A DNA stretch of 64,000 nt, from positions 14,941,133 through 15,005,132 of the forward strand of contig OZ037771.1 in assembly GCA_964035545.1 (NCBI GenBank). Direction: 5' to 3'. The stretch comes from Bugula neritina (taxonomy: Eukaryota > Animalia > Bryozoa). The notes beneath the pieces were generated by a model. That model made no database searches, was not told where the DNA came from, and worked only from the letters and a program-made list of their open reading frames with translations. Numbering within the stretch: the stretch's first letter is position 1; each line of letters begins with the position of its first letter. Position numbers and translations under genes: made by a program. This document shows positions 1 through 13,142 of this stretch, piece after piece.

Positions 1-2870
1 ATGCACTAAATTACAGCGTTTTTAAACCCTGACAGCAGTAGATAAATATTTTTACAAATAGCTCTATAACTGGCAGCTAAAAATTTTAGGAAGAAAACTT
101 TCCAATAGTCCTATTCAAATAATAAAAATATGAAAAGTAGTTTATTATTGCATCGATAAATCTATATACTCTCCTTGGATAATAATTTAGCCTAATTCGT
201 GCACATAATTTGCTATTATCATATATAATAGTTTTTACAAAACAATAATGCTTTAGTTGTAAGCTTTGAAATTTTGTATCGTACAAATGAAAATAGTTCT
301 AATGCAGGACTAAAATAGGGATGATCTTGAACAAAGTGTGATTCAGATTGAATAAATTGCACGTCAACTCAGATCGATACTGTAATTAGCAAAGTTCATT
401 CAGGTGTGATTTAACCAGTATAGTTTTATTAATTTCAAATATATCATGCTTTATAGCTCAAGGTGATTAACAGAGAACGTAGTCAGGTTAGGTTTAATTA
501 GATGCTTTTATGGGGTAATGGACGAATATAGGAAGTTGTGTTGCTTAAGTCGCTGCAGTTACACACTACTCTAAAAGCTGCAAGTAAACATATATAAACA
601 ATTGCATGAAGTATAATTCTGTGATCTTGAAAGTTTGAATTGTATAACTGTAATTATTTAGCTATGTTTATAACACAGCTAATAAATCACTAACACAATT
701 TGCTGACTAGGCTATAACATATTTATTGGTTTTATAAAAAAAAAATTATCTTTTAATTTAATTGCAGTAAGTACAATGTATTCTAATTCTTCTTTGCACT
801 AAAATTTCCAATTCATTTTACTGCTATATAAGTAATTAAAAGAAATTGTTCAAGTTGAAAATTCTTAAACTGCAAAATGTTCTTTTTTTATTTTCAAGAT
901 TTGAAAAGTCATTGACTTTACAATCGACTGTATAGAAAAAAAGCTTTCAGTAGATTAAATATAGTTTATATATATGTATATTTGTAGTACTTGAATAAAT
1001 TTTTTTCAAATTAGACTCAGTTGTACTGCTTAATGTGAATTGCCTTAAATGTCAGAATTTATTAAATTTACAAGCTGATGATAGACTTTAAGTATAGCAT
1101 TACAAATAAAAAAATTGAAAGATAAACAAGCTATAATCTTTTCAGAACCAAAACCAATTTTCCACTATTGATTTTATTTCTTTTAGATATAAACATTTTC
1201 GTCCAATAATAAGCATATTGCGCAACATTTACAAATTGTTACTGACAATAACAAGCTACTATAGTCACAGTCTTGAAGTGAAAACGAATAAACTGCATGC
1301 CAATACTTTCACCTTCTATATCAGCCAAACACCAAATGTGCTAATACTGCAGGTAATAAGCTAAATATTTGCCAAGTTTCGATAAATACTGTTTATGTGC
1401 ACCAAAAAGTCCTATATCTTGATGAAGGAATTCAATGTTTTTAATTTGAAATGTTGTTGTTTTTAAGATTCTCCAACAGATTGAATTAAAAATATTTTAA
1501 TTTATCAAACATGTGCAGCTTGTTTGGTTAACAATGCCTCAAGGCTAATTTATATCAGCTCCTTATAGCTTGTGAGGTAGGGAACTAGTGATCAACTCAA
1601 GCGCTACTGAAGCGCTAATATGCTACTTACCGATTTGGCTATTGCAGTTTCAGGTATTTACTAATACTTAATTATAAACAACTCTCTATATTACTCGGGA
1701 AATTAGGATCTATAAAAAACTCTGTACCAAATTTTATGCAAAATTGCGCCACTATTAATGTGCTGAGAAGTTATTTAGCAATACAGATAATATTATAAAA
1801 CATTGTCCATCAATCAATCATTATGCGGGCAAAGTTGATGTGTAACTTGATGACATATGACAAAGAGAGCTCATTTAGATTAATTGAAATTGTCTGTCAG
1901 AAGGTATTTGGATTAGTGGCACACTTGTGGCTTACAGCCAAGTACTTTGATAAGCTCACATATCCGCTAGATGAAGGGTGATTACTCAAGTAGAAGATCC
2001 AGCTTGATATACTACTTCCTTCTTTTTGATATGTAAGAAACCATTAATTTTCTAGAATTCATTTAGAATTTACTTGCCAGTCTTTCTTAGACATATGGGG
2101 TGCAATAGAAAAGGTTAGTGTACACTAAATGCAGTCTTGCTACGTTTTTGGTTAAAAGAATTTATTTGCAGAGTCTTGGCATTACAGAGCATGATATAAC
2201 AATGTGGTATAATCTAAAACTAGGGGAAATCCTTAAAATGAGTCTAAATTTCTCTGCCATATAACTCAATTGGCTGGTCAAAGTATACTTCACAGATTTC
2301 ACACCAATTTTACAATTTTTTTCCAAAATGGTAAATTAGAAAATTTTGAAATACTTTTAAAAAGTACTCAACTATACTATATTATTATTATTCCTATTAG
2401 TAGTGCTTTAAAATGACAGCTCTATTCAATAAAGAACTGTTATGTATAAACCAGTTACAAGTGGCTACAATTTCTATAGCAAGTTTAGTCGAAGCCACAA
2501 CATGTTTACAGTGTACTCTAGAATATACTTTCATTATGATAAAAGGTCATATATTGATTTTGTCTTGCATCTGCTATACTCTAACAGAACAGAGTGAAGG
2601 TAGGTTTAAAGAGGCAAAGATTGGTTTTAGTTTTACATGGCCAACTCGCATAATATAATCATAAAACTGTTCACAGTGCTTGCATATTAAAATGTATTAA
2701 GCAATTTCAGTGGCTTTGTAGCGTTAGGGAATCTGCAGAATTACATTGTCTATAACAAGAACTTTGAGCCTCAATCTTAGTTCCCCCCCAAATATCAAAA
2801 TTACAAGTAAATTTTTTATTTTTCTTTACTCACAGCTACGAGGTAATCAAAGTATAAAGTTGTGTTTATA

Positions 2871-2947
2871 CCTTCACGATTTTCGGTCAAAATTTCAATT
2901 TGGCCGGGTTGAAATTTCTCCGAGTTGCATTGCATTGTAAAAGCCAC
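2871..2947 (+). repeat. Dispersed repeat / possible left TIR of a DNA transposon
   Basis: CCTTCACGATTTTC...AAATTTC.CCGAGTTGCATTGCA matches the reverse complement of 26398-26467; preceded by TA. Confidence 0.55.
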
Positions 2948-3336
2948 CCGTTGAAATTTTTGTACTGTGATAACTTAATCGGCCAATTTTAGAATAGGAG
3001 TAATAACTCCTTGTAAACATCGTTATTTAGTTATTACTTTGGCGATTAGACAACGTACTTATACGGTTATAATTACATAGCCTACACCTTCTCAATTATC
3101 GCTTTTATGCTTTCCGCTTCACTAATTCACGACGTTTACAAGGGGCATCAAATAGCTATTATGCGAGTCAAATTTCAATTTCAGAAAATGAGCAACCGCA
3201 TCAATATGATTTCAACGAGTTTCGGTTTGACTATAAAGGGGTACCCGGACAAGCATTATTAACTTAAACTCGGTACTTTTTTCAGCAGAGGTATAAACGC
3301 AACTTTAGATGTTGTATATTATTCACAGGTTATATA

Positions 3337-3490
3337 GGGAGCAGCTGTGGGGCATTTTTCTAGTAAACACGAGGTCATGGGTTCAAGCCTGGACAAAGAC
3401 CATTGGTGATGTTAGGGAGAGCATCCAGTCATAATTGCCTCTGTGCCTCATTTAAATAAGTCCTTGGCCCACTTTAACAAGAACCTTTTC
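3337..3490 (+). mobile_element. tRNA-derived SINE copy
   Basis: B-box-like GGTTCAAGCC followed by the core GGTGATGTTAGGGAGAGCATCCAGTC; the same sequence recurs at five other sites in the window. From memory the core resembles the Meta-SINE central domain (not verified). Confidence 0.7.
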
Positions 3491-6400
3491 TACCAAGGAT
3501 TTCTTAAAAGGATAGTGAGTTTTTTATATAACAACTGCAACTGACCACAAAGTTCAATGTGAAGAATAATACTTATACATCAGACATACTTTTGCAGTAT
3601 ATATTTTCCTAGAATGTTGTTTAGAGACATAAAAAAACTGCCTATGCACAACATACTTTGCATCTGTTTAGTATCTCGTAATTAGACATAAAAAAATCAA
3701 AGCCAATTATAAGGCAAAAGACCATAATACTGTACTATCATTGGATAGTTTTTCATCAATAAACAGGTAGTCGCCAGTGGTGGATATGAACCCCTCCTAG
3801 ATGTTTCTCGTACTTCTTTCTCAAAAAACATTTTCATTAAGCCAAAAAGAAATAACAATACACCTTTTTAGTTGACACTTTTTAATTTCTGACTGATATT
3901 TCACCTTATTTCCAATTATAATTAACTTTTAACCGGCACTTTTCTTTGTAGTAATTCCTACCCTTTAGACTGTGTACTTTGAAATGAGGCTGTTTTACTC
4001 GTTACATAAAGTATAGTTGCACTGGCTACAGGTTGACACAAAAACAAGCCTATCTTGATAAAATCATGCGCAAATGTAGAAACTATCGAGGAGTTTGTTC
4101 CTTATAATTAGAAATTGACAAATTATTTTTAATCCGTTTAAAAGCATCTGGTTATGGAAGCATATGCCGTGTTCAATTTGTTATTCTAGCATTAACAATA
4201 ACAAAATGCAATAATTATAAGTTTATGAAAGTAATTTGTTTTCTTTCTAATTACAAACATAATATTTTAGTATAATATATTGTAAATTTATAAGGCTTGC
4301 ATTAGGAATAACGCAGCTAAAACATCATTTTCCTTAAAGCCTTAAAAATATATTATAAGTATAACATAATACACTATGCCAATAAACTTATTAAAGTACC
4401 AAGCAAGCTTAGCTAGTTTAAGAAAAATTACACTATAGGTAAATTACCATTATTTATAGAATGCTTGCTGATATTAGCTTTTGATGTAATTAAAGTAAAT
4501 TATTATTTATCTTTCTAGCTAAGGATTTCTTGCCGTAGGTTTTGCTTTTATGCATGGAGAAATGTCGTAACAAACGAGTTAAATTTTTATAGCACATAAA
4601 AATGTAATCTATAAGTCGAAGATATTTAAACTTAGCCATTAACTCATTTTAATTAGAAATGTAGCCTAAATCTAATACAATACAAAACATATACCAGTAT
4701 ATATAATATATTTTTACCATGCTGTTAATTACAGTATTTGTAAGACAAATTTTATGCTCATTAATTAAATGCAACAAATATTTATAAAATACTAATAATG
4801 TTGAATAAATAAATTCAATAATTCCTTTTCTATTTAAATGGCTGCATAATTTCTTGCAAGGTTGTATAAAGGAGTTGTGGCCCACCACTTATTATGTGTT
4901 CAATTGCCACAAAGTCTTAGGAAGAAGAAAACTCCCCAAAAATTCTTAGTTTGAAAATTCTAGTATAATTAAAATCACTTAATATATGTCTTTGAAATGC
5001 ATTTTGCCACTCTGCAAAGTTGCAGGAACAAATATTGCACGAAGTAATAAATGATTTATGAAGTAATTAACAAACCAATGTAAAAACTGTTGTTGTATAT
5101 AGAACACAACATATTGATTTTCTTCAATTTCCACATCAAATCTATATATTCAATTATATCTAACCAATGCTAATAAACTAAACATGCATGCATACAAATA
5201 TTTGCATCATGTGCAAGTAATATTAGCTAATTAGCAACTATAGCATTTTTTTCATTATCTTTATTGCTTGCATATGTCTAAGTATTATTAAAATAAGGTT
5301 TTTATTTGCAACTTTGCACCACAAATAACATAAAATCTAAAAACTTGAGTTGTGACATAGGGCTACCTATACACAAATAGACCTTCATAAAACTCTCAAT
5401 GATTTTATTCAACTCATGTATGCAAAAGTTTTGCTTTAAAACAATTCTTCTAAACCACCCTAGAGCAGGGAATTATTACAAAAACAGCTTCTCATATATA
5501 ATCTTTCCCCAGATTAATTTTTTTCCTGTATTTAAACTAACTTAGCAAGTGAAGATTGTGATATCACTCAGGTAATCACATATATATTATTCATAGCTGT
5601 AATACTTTAGCAATGAATAAATCATGTTTAATTTCCACTCTACCTAGCAGTTTTTCAGAATTATAGAGCTATGTATATCGTGAAATTGGAATAGCCTAAT
5701 AGTTTTACATGTGTTTATAGCTAGACAAATTAACTTAAAAAGCTTACGATAGTTTATAGATGATATTTGCATTCTTTTGAAGGTTATGGTGAAGCTACTG
5801 CAAAACTGGCCATTAGTTTAGCATAATATGCAATGCCACGCAAAAGCATGCCAAACAAGCAACGTTTATTTACCTTACCAGTGCAATTTTATCACCTTAA
5901 ACACAAAAGCAAGTATAAAATACACACCCATATTAGATTAACTGTCAAGTTAAAAAAAGACAACATATATTCATGAGCTGGTTCTGTTTGCACAAGTACA
6001 ATTTAGACCAGCTTATTATTTAGATTGCCACAAGAATATGACATAAAATATGTCTTTAATCATTATTTTGATATTCACTGGTTAAAGATATTTTTTATAT
6101 CCTAATATGTAAATATTGTACATAAATCTTAAAAATTAACTAGGTGAATAAGGAAAACTGCTAATTTTATGAAACTGTTATGTTAATAAAGACAATGGCT
6201 ATCAACAAATCCCACCAGACCACAAACTAATTGTAAATACTAAAGCAATTATATAGTGCTATGTGTTGATCTAGCCTAGTTAATACACCACATAGATGTA
6301 TTATGACATACCACATTTTAAGTACTGGGTTACCATTTATTCTAATGGGTATTTGTTTAAACTGTTATATACAGCTTTTTGCACTACCAATATACAAGCC

Positions 6401-7017
6401 AGTTGTTATTCTGTCACTTTTTATCTACATCTCTTTTTAATGCCAGTTACTTGTTAGCTTCAGTACAAAGAGCTAAACATTCTACTCTACAGCCAATCTT
6501 ACTGTTAACTCTTGTTTAACAGTATTACAAGAATCTAAAAATTTGGGTGTGTTTTAAGTATAATATTCTATCATTATAACTTTTAAATGAAACAATAATA
6601 TGATAAATGCATTATAACTTTGTGAAAAGTTTGTTTGCAAAGTATATGTTTTTGGAAAATAGTTTTACAACATTTGCTAGGAGCATTATATTTATTCCTA
6701 TCTAAAATAATTTTGTTTGAACTGCTATGTTTGTAATCATGTAATCAGAAGTAAAGCATCAGTAAAATGAGTATAAGTAGAAGCTTGACAGCTACATTAG
6801 GCATTGCTACATAGTACATAAATGTATGGCCGTATTAAATACTTAGCTGCATTCACAGATAAATGCATGGCTTGGAATTACAATACCATGAATACATTAT
6901 TTATTTAGCTGGGTAACTATACAATTATGCCAAAGTGAAAAGCCTTTGGTTATTAATGCCTGAAATGTCTAACAATCTACTTGGGAGACCACCTTGTTGT
7001 GGTAATAATAATAATAT

Positions 7018-9956
7018 GATCCATTAGAATAGAACTAATAAAGCCAACGACGTTAATGGTATGTCTAACTAAACATGGCATGTCTCGTCTGGCAGTGGGT
7101 ATGTGGAGGACCAGGCAACCTACGGCCGTCAACCCGTTACTGGCACAACTAGAAGAAGATACTCAAGAGAAGACAACAAAGTTGTCATGAAATGCTGCTT
7201 CAAAAGTACACCCAAATTGAGAGGTCATAGAAAAACAATGTATGAGCTCTGTAGACCCGGATCAAAGAATTATTTAAAAAGAATGTGCAAACGCTGGAAA
7301 ACAGAGGAGAGTTTAACATCAGCGAATAGAGACTAGCGGATTAAGCAAGAACTATGAAGAAACACAAGCATTTTATGGAAGAAGAACTTCATAAGATTGA
7401 AGAAGGAACCTTGCAAAAATTAGGCACATCAATTGATGAAGAAGAGCTAAATTTGCAAATAGAGGATGTTATAGTACAACATGAGATAGCATATAAATCA
7501 GCCATGAGAATTTTAAGAGTACCTAGTTCAGAGGTAAAAAAAGTGTTAGTAGAAAAATTATAAATGAGCATAACAAACTATCTAATGATCGACCAACACT
7601 AAGAGCCCTTGGGCACATTGAGAGGGTCAAATTACTACAGGCAGTAAAACAGATTAATGATGTGCTAAACCGTGTTGAGATTATTAATACCATTGAGCTT
7701 AATAGCACCACCATGGCTTGTGCGAAAAATAGTAACAGAACAAGTGTGTAACAAAAAGGAAAAAGAAAAACTGACAATGTACAAGTATGGAAAATACGAC
7801 TGCAGAAGAAATAAAAAAAATTAGATCAGACTAAGTAAAATAGCAGAGTGAAAAAGTAGAGCTTACAATGATTCATTGAGAAGAATGGTTGAAGAAAAAT
7901 ATAGGATAAAAAACAAAGAGTGTGGTGTAGTGATTGAAAAACTGAAGCAAAACCTGAGAGCTGTAAGCCAGAAGATAAACAGATATACAGAATGAGTTGA
8001 TCAATATAATCAGAACACAATGTTTACAATGATAAGCGCTTTTATCAAGAATTACGAGGAAATGAATGTACATCTAAAGAGGCACCTGACAAGGAAATCA
8101 AAAGCATTCTGATAAAATATAATTATGGGGTCAGCCAACTAAAAATAATACCAATGCAGAATGACTAAATAAAGTTAGCAACAAATTGGAGCATATGTAA
8201 AGACAAGGAAATTAGATCTTAGAAACGATGCAAACAACTGGAATAGCAATTAATGTCATAAGGTTGATAAGAAAAAGCATGAAACCTGGAAAACACAACT
8301 GAAATACCTGGAAGAAAAGATAGGAGAAATAAAGATCAAACTAAGAATTTTCCAAGGAGACTCTTTATCTCTATCCCTTTTCTCCAACTACCGATTCGCA
8401 TGACAGAAGCGGCTCAATGATGCAAATTTCGACGAGACAGAAAACAAACCATCTCCTATATGTGGATGACCTGAAGGTAAATAGGAAATCAAAGTCAGAA
8501 CTGGAAGCTTTGGTAAACACTGCCGGGATCTTCACAAGGAATATAGAAATGAAATTTGGATTAAAAAATGTGCCACACTGGTTATGAGAAAGGGAAAGAA
8601 AATCAAGGACACAGGAATCAGTTTGCCTGAGGAACAGGTAATTAAAGATCTGGGTGAGAAGCCGTATAAATATCTAGGAGTTCTTGAGATTGATAGAATA
8701 CAAATATATGAAATGAAAAATAAGATCAAGGAGTACTACAAACAAATAAGAAAAGTTCTGGATTCAAAACTGAATGGTGAGAACACAATCAAAGCAATAA
8801 ACACATGGGCAGTAACAGCAGTGCATTACACAGCTAGAATACTTGACTGAACTGTTTCATGAGCTAAAAAATATGGACTGAAAGACAAGGAAGCTAATGA
8901 CAACAAACCGTGCACCCTATCCGAGAGCAGATGTAGGCAGGCTGTATTTTAGCAGAAGGGAAGGCGGTAGAAGAATGTTGTCAACTGAAAAATGCATAAA
9001 GATTGAAAACTGCAGCATGTCAGACTACATAAATACAACATAGACTGATAGAAACACCACACTGAATACCTTTCTAAAAGACAAAACAGCGGTAGAACTA
9101 AATAATGATAAAGTGATAGAAAGAATTGATGAGTGTAAAGAAAAAGCTTCACGTGGTCAATACATCAAAATGGTGGAAGACATGAAAGCATTTTCCTGGA
9201 ACTGGTTGAAGTATGGTTGGCTGAAAAAGGAAACAGAAGGACTGCTGACAGCTGCGCAAGATCAACTATTCACTACTAGAAATTATAAAGTGGCTATGAT
9301 GAGAGAACAGGGTAGCAAGAAGTGTGGAATGTGTAACGCAAGAGACAAAACTTCGATGCACGTATTGAGTGAGTTTGAGAAGGTAGCAGAAGGAGAATAT
9401 AAGAAAAAACACAACCTTTTGGCATTGATAATTTCAATAGTAGTTGTGTGAACTTCGTGGGTTTCAGAAAAGTAAGAATTGGTACGGCCATCAAGCAGAA
9501 TCCGTACTGGAAAATGATAATGTAAAAACCTTGTAAGATTTTAACATACACACTGACGTAGTCATCAAAGTTAGGAGACCCGATATATTAGTAGTTGACA
9601 AGCATAATGCTGAAACAACGATAATTTATATCACAGTCCCTGTTAACTACAGAGTGAAAGAAAAAAAATTCGAAAAGTTAAGAAAATATCAGAATTTAGC
9701 ACTAGAATAAACCCGCCTTTGGAAAACATCAAAAAAGTCATCCCGTTGTAACTGGAGCCTTTGGAGCTTTATACAAGATTGTAGACTGGCTGACACTACT
9801 TGGAGTAGCTGAAAACAAATGCTCATTAATTCAGCAGACATCCTTACTAGGATCAGGATAAGCTCACATCCTGAGGAAAGTTCTATCCATTTCAGCCTAG
9901 TATAACTAGGCCAATGGTAAAAGGTTACACCAGCTAAAAAACTACGGTCAATCAAC
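7018..9956 (+). mobile_element. Degenerate R4/Dong-clade (RLE-type) non-LTR retrotransposon
   Basis: Fragmented ORF with N-terminal RRRYSREDNKVVMKCC motif, RT motifs RIFQGDSLS (~8344) and HLLYVDDLK (~8450), thumb YKYLGV and KAINTWAV, zinc knuckle CGMC..H, and endonuclease RRPDILVVDK...EK..KY (~9573-9700). Many stops and frameshifts; central RT partly deleted. Flanked by a 14-bp direct repeat AATAATAATAATAT (7004-7017, 9957-9970). Confidence 0.88.
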
Positions 9957-9970
9957 AATAATAATAATAT

Positions 9971-11366
9971 ACAACTATATTAGTGCAGTTGGTTTTATTA
10001 TTAGATTAGCATATCGATTATGACTTTTCGATTGCCACCCTGATACTATGAGTAAAATGTACAAGCATACGTGAAAGTTTAGATATGATCATAAGTATAA
10101 AAATAGGTATAAGTATAAATATAAATATAGGTACAAGTATAAAACGAATGATTATATTATTAATAATATTAGTCAGTGATACCTATAACCGTAATGGTTT
10201 TTAGACTTACAGTTATCATTAACATTAGCTGAGTAATATGATTAGTTAAAATAATGGTATTCATTATTATATCATAGTTATAAGTTATAACTCTAGTCTC
10301 TAAAGAGCAACAGCAAGTGTAATTGGGATATTCATATTAAACTTCATATTCACATAGTGCAATGTTTATGTTATGAACTAATTTATTCCTTCAACATTTA
10401 ACTATAAATATGATTAACACTAACTTTGACCAGCAGTATTACTAAAAGAAGCGTATTACACATATAAGATAATAAAATTCTAGTAGTAGGACTAATAGTA
10501 TTACTAGGTCCAGTATTATTCTTGTTATCTTATTCATCATTCATGAGTTATCAAATTTAAAATTACTACTTATTAGCATCAGCATATAAAAATTAAGATC
10601 ATTAGGAATAATTATCATGAGGTATGATCTATGATTTGCATTATCCATATATAGTTTAATATCAATATGATATATTATTATTGCTGATAGTCTATGTTAT
10701 AGTTAAATTTATACTTATCTTTACAGTTACCTATAGTAGCACTTATTAGTTATTTGTGGTAGCCAAACTAATGTTTAATATTAATAAATTAAACTGAGTA
10801 GGCCTATCATAAAAGTGTTACTAAGAATTTTAATTATAATCGTAATGGTGATCATATTACTTTATTATAATTATTATATTTAATCATTAATGCTCAACTG
10901 AGTTAATGTATACACTTTGAGTTTTACTATTACTCATTATATTTACACTTATAGTAAAACTAAATATGTAAAAGTTATACTTATACTATTATTATTCGTA
11001 TTTCATTAGACTTACATCTAAGATCGCAGTCCTATTACTACTACCACTGATACTAGTACTACAACTAGTACTAGTACTGCTACTAGTACTAGTACTACTA
11101 CTACTACTACTACTAATAGTACTGTTACTACTACTACTACTAGTACTACTACTAGGTCTACTAGTGTACTAGTACAACTACAAACTTTGAAAATAACTGC
11201 AAGAAAGGTATGACTTACTCTTTTTCTTAGTCTTACTGTGACTCTCAGTCGTAAAGTAAAATAAAATTGTGAACTGTAAAGTTAAACCCAAGGCTGAAAT
11301 TTATTTAATTAAATTTAGACAATCTGAATCATTGGCTCAATCGTCGAGTTTGACTATTACTATTAT
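9971..11366. repeat. Degenerate AT-rich tri/hexanucleotide simple sequence, left of the BEL insertion
   Basis: Runs such as aagtat-aaatat-aaatat-aggtac-aagtat and the (tac/tag)n tract at 11035-11180. Confidence 0.7.
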
Positions 11367-12452
11367 TGTAAAGTTAGCACTGAACATAATTAATTCAAGC
11401 AGTAAAAGTAATGTAGTGTAATGAATACATAATAGTTAATCTAGCATTCAGCGTTGCGTTTAGCACAACGTTCCACTCAAATAGGTTATCGCATCACGTG
11501 ATTCTCGCCTACGCAACGACTGCTAGTTGTAAATTCATTAATTAGATAACAGCACGCTCTTGCTCATTGGCTGTGGCGTTACGCTTAGGCAGCCCGGATG
11601 TTTGAGTGCAGACGTTGACCCTACAGTTAGTGGAATAGTAGCGCGCTAGCGATGCAAGCTTATTACATCAATAACATCAGTTTTAAATGATATAATTAAT
11701 GAAATACAAGTGAATTTAAATTGGAATTAACTTAAAGAGACACAGGTTAGTTTTGTTCTTCAGTATTTGTAATAACTTGAAGCTTTCCTTAAGTATTTTT
11801 ATCTATTTCAACTATAAGAATAACTATTTGGTTTATTTAACATGTTTATAAGTTTGACAATTTTTAGAATGCCAGTGTGGTCAGTGCATGATAGAATTTA
11901 TGGCTATGTGTTTACTTCATAATAGATTTCTCACAAAATTACAAATTCTTAAGGCAAGCTCTCCAGTGATTGATTAGTTTGTCACTGGATAATATTCTAA
12001 TTGGCAGTTAAAACCTTATTTTACACTTACAGTAGTTTAATGCAGCTACTAATTTAAGTGAACATTGAATATAAGTTTTAATCCCTATCTATGGGCTATA
12101 CATTCATTCTTACTAATTGTCTTAACATTTGTCTAATTGCAGTTATCACTTAATGTCATTTTTATTATAGTTTGATATTTTTTAGTAGACCTGTAATACC
12201 GTTTCATAGAAACAAACTTAACCTAGCTAGCCACTAAAAGAAGGCAAGAGGTGATTAATTCAAGATATATATATGTTTGAATATTTTACAATTTCATAAA
12301 TAATTTCTGTTTGTTTTATTTTAAAAACCTGTTATAGTTGCATATATCAATAACCTACTTTTACAGTTTCACCAGGCAGTTGGAATACGTAAAAATAAAG
12401 TTACGAAAACCAACACCAGTACAACTCATCTATAGTTAGTGGCGACGCTACA
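11367..12452 (+). repeat. 5' LTR of the BEL/Pao element
   Basis: Direct repeat of 19068-20153; TG...CA termini; AATAAA at 12394. Confidence 0.97.
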
Positions 12453-13142
12453 GTAAGAAACTCAACCATCTGCGAGACAAAAGCTAAGAATTCAATAGAG
12501 GCCTGTCCTGAGAAATCTTAGTAAACCACCCGGAAGTTTCAGCAATCAACTCCTTAGAGAGGCAGCTGAGTACCCCTGCTCCATATATCATACAGTATTA
12601 AGCTGATAAGGCTAGTTTACTGTAAAGCCCAAGTGACAGTTTTTAAATAAGGAATCTAGTTAAAAGGTCATTTCAATTGTTTTGCCCGAACTCTTACAAA
12701 AAAGCAATTTACTATCCTAAGTTATTATTAAAATATTTGATGAGCTGATTTAAAATATTTGAGTAGAGTCACTCTGAATATTGTTTGTTTTGATAAAATA
12801 GTGTGCTACTTTTCATACCTATTGTAAGTGGGAAACTGATCAATTAACAGGGAGCTTGCAAGTTACCATAACTAAACAAACTCATAAGTAAACAGTACTT
12901 GCAGTGCATTGTAGCTCTGCGATTCACATAGCCTCGAATTTGCCTTGTGCATCGATCATACTGTGCGCCTGCGCTATTTCCTTTTATGTTTTGGTCACCT
13001 TTCTGTTGCTGCCTCACTAGGTACTTATTCAGTGTTTTCTTTTTTTTACTGTTTCCAGTACGTTTGTATCTCTGTCACACTGAATAAACTATCATATACA
13101 CTTATTTGCTGTAATATAAATTAAACTGATAAACTAACAACC

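Noticed and set aside
890-1910. Exon-like segments with AG/GT boundaries (1188-1352, 1468-1652, 1788-1903)
   Set aside because: No continuous frame or recognisable motif; at best a decayed pseudogene or non-coding exons.
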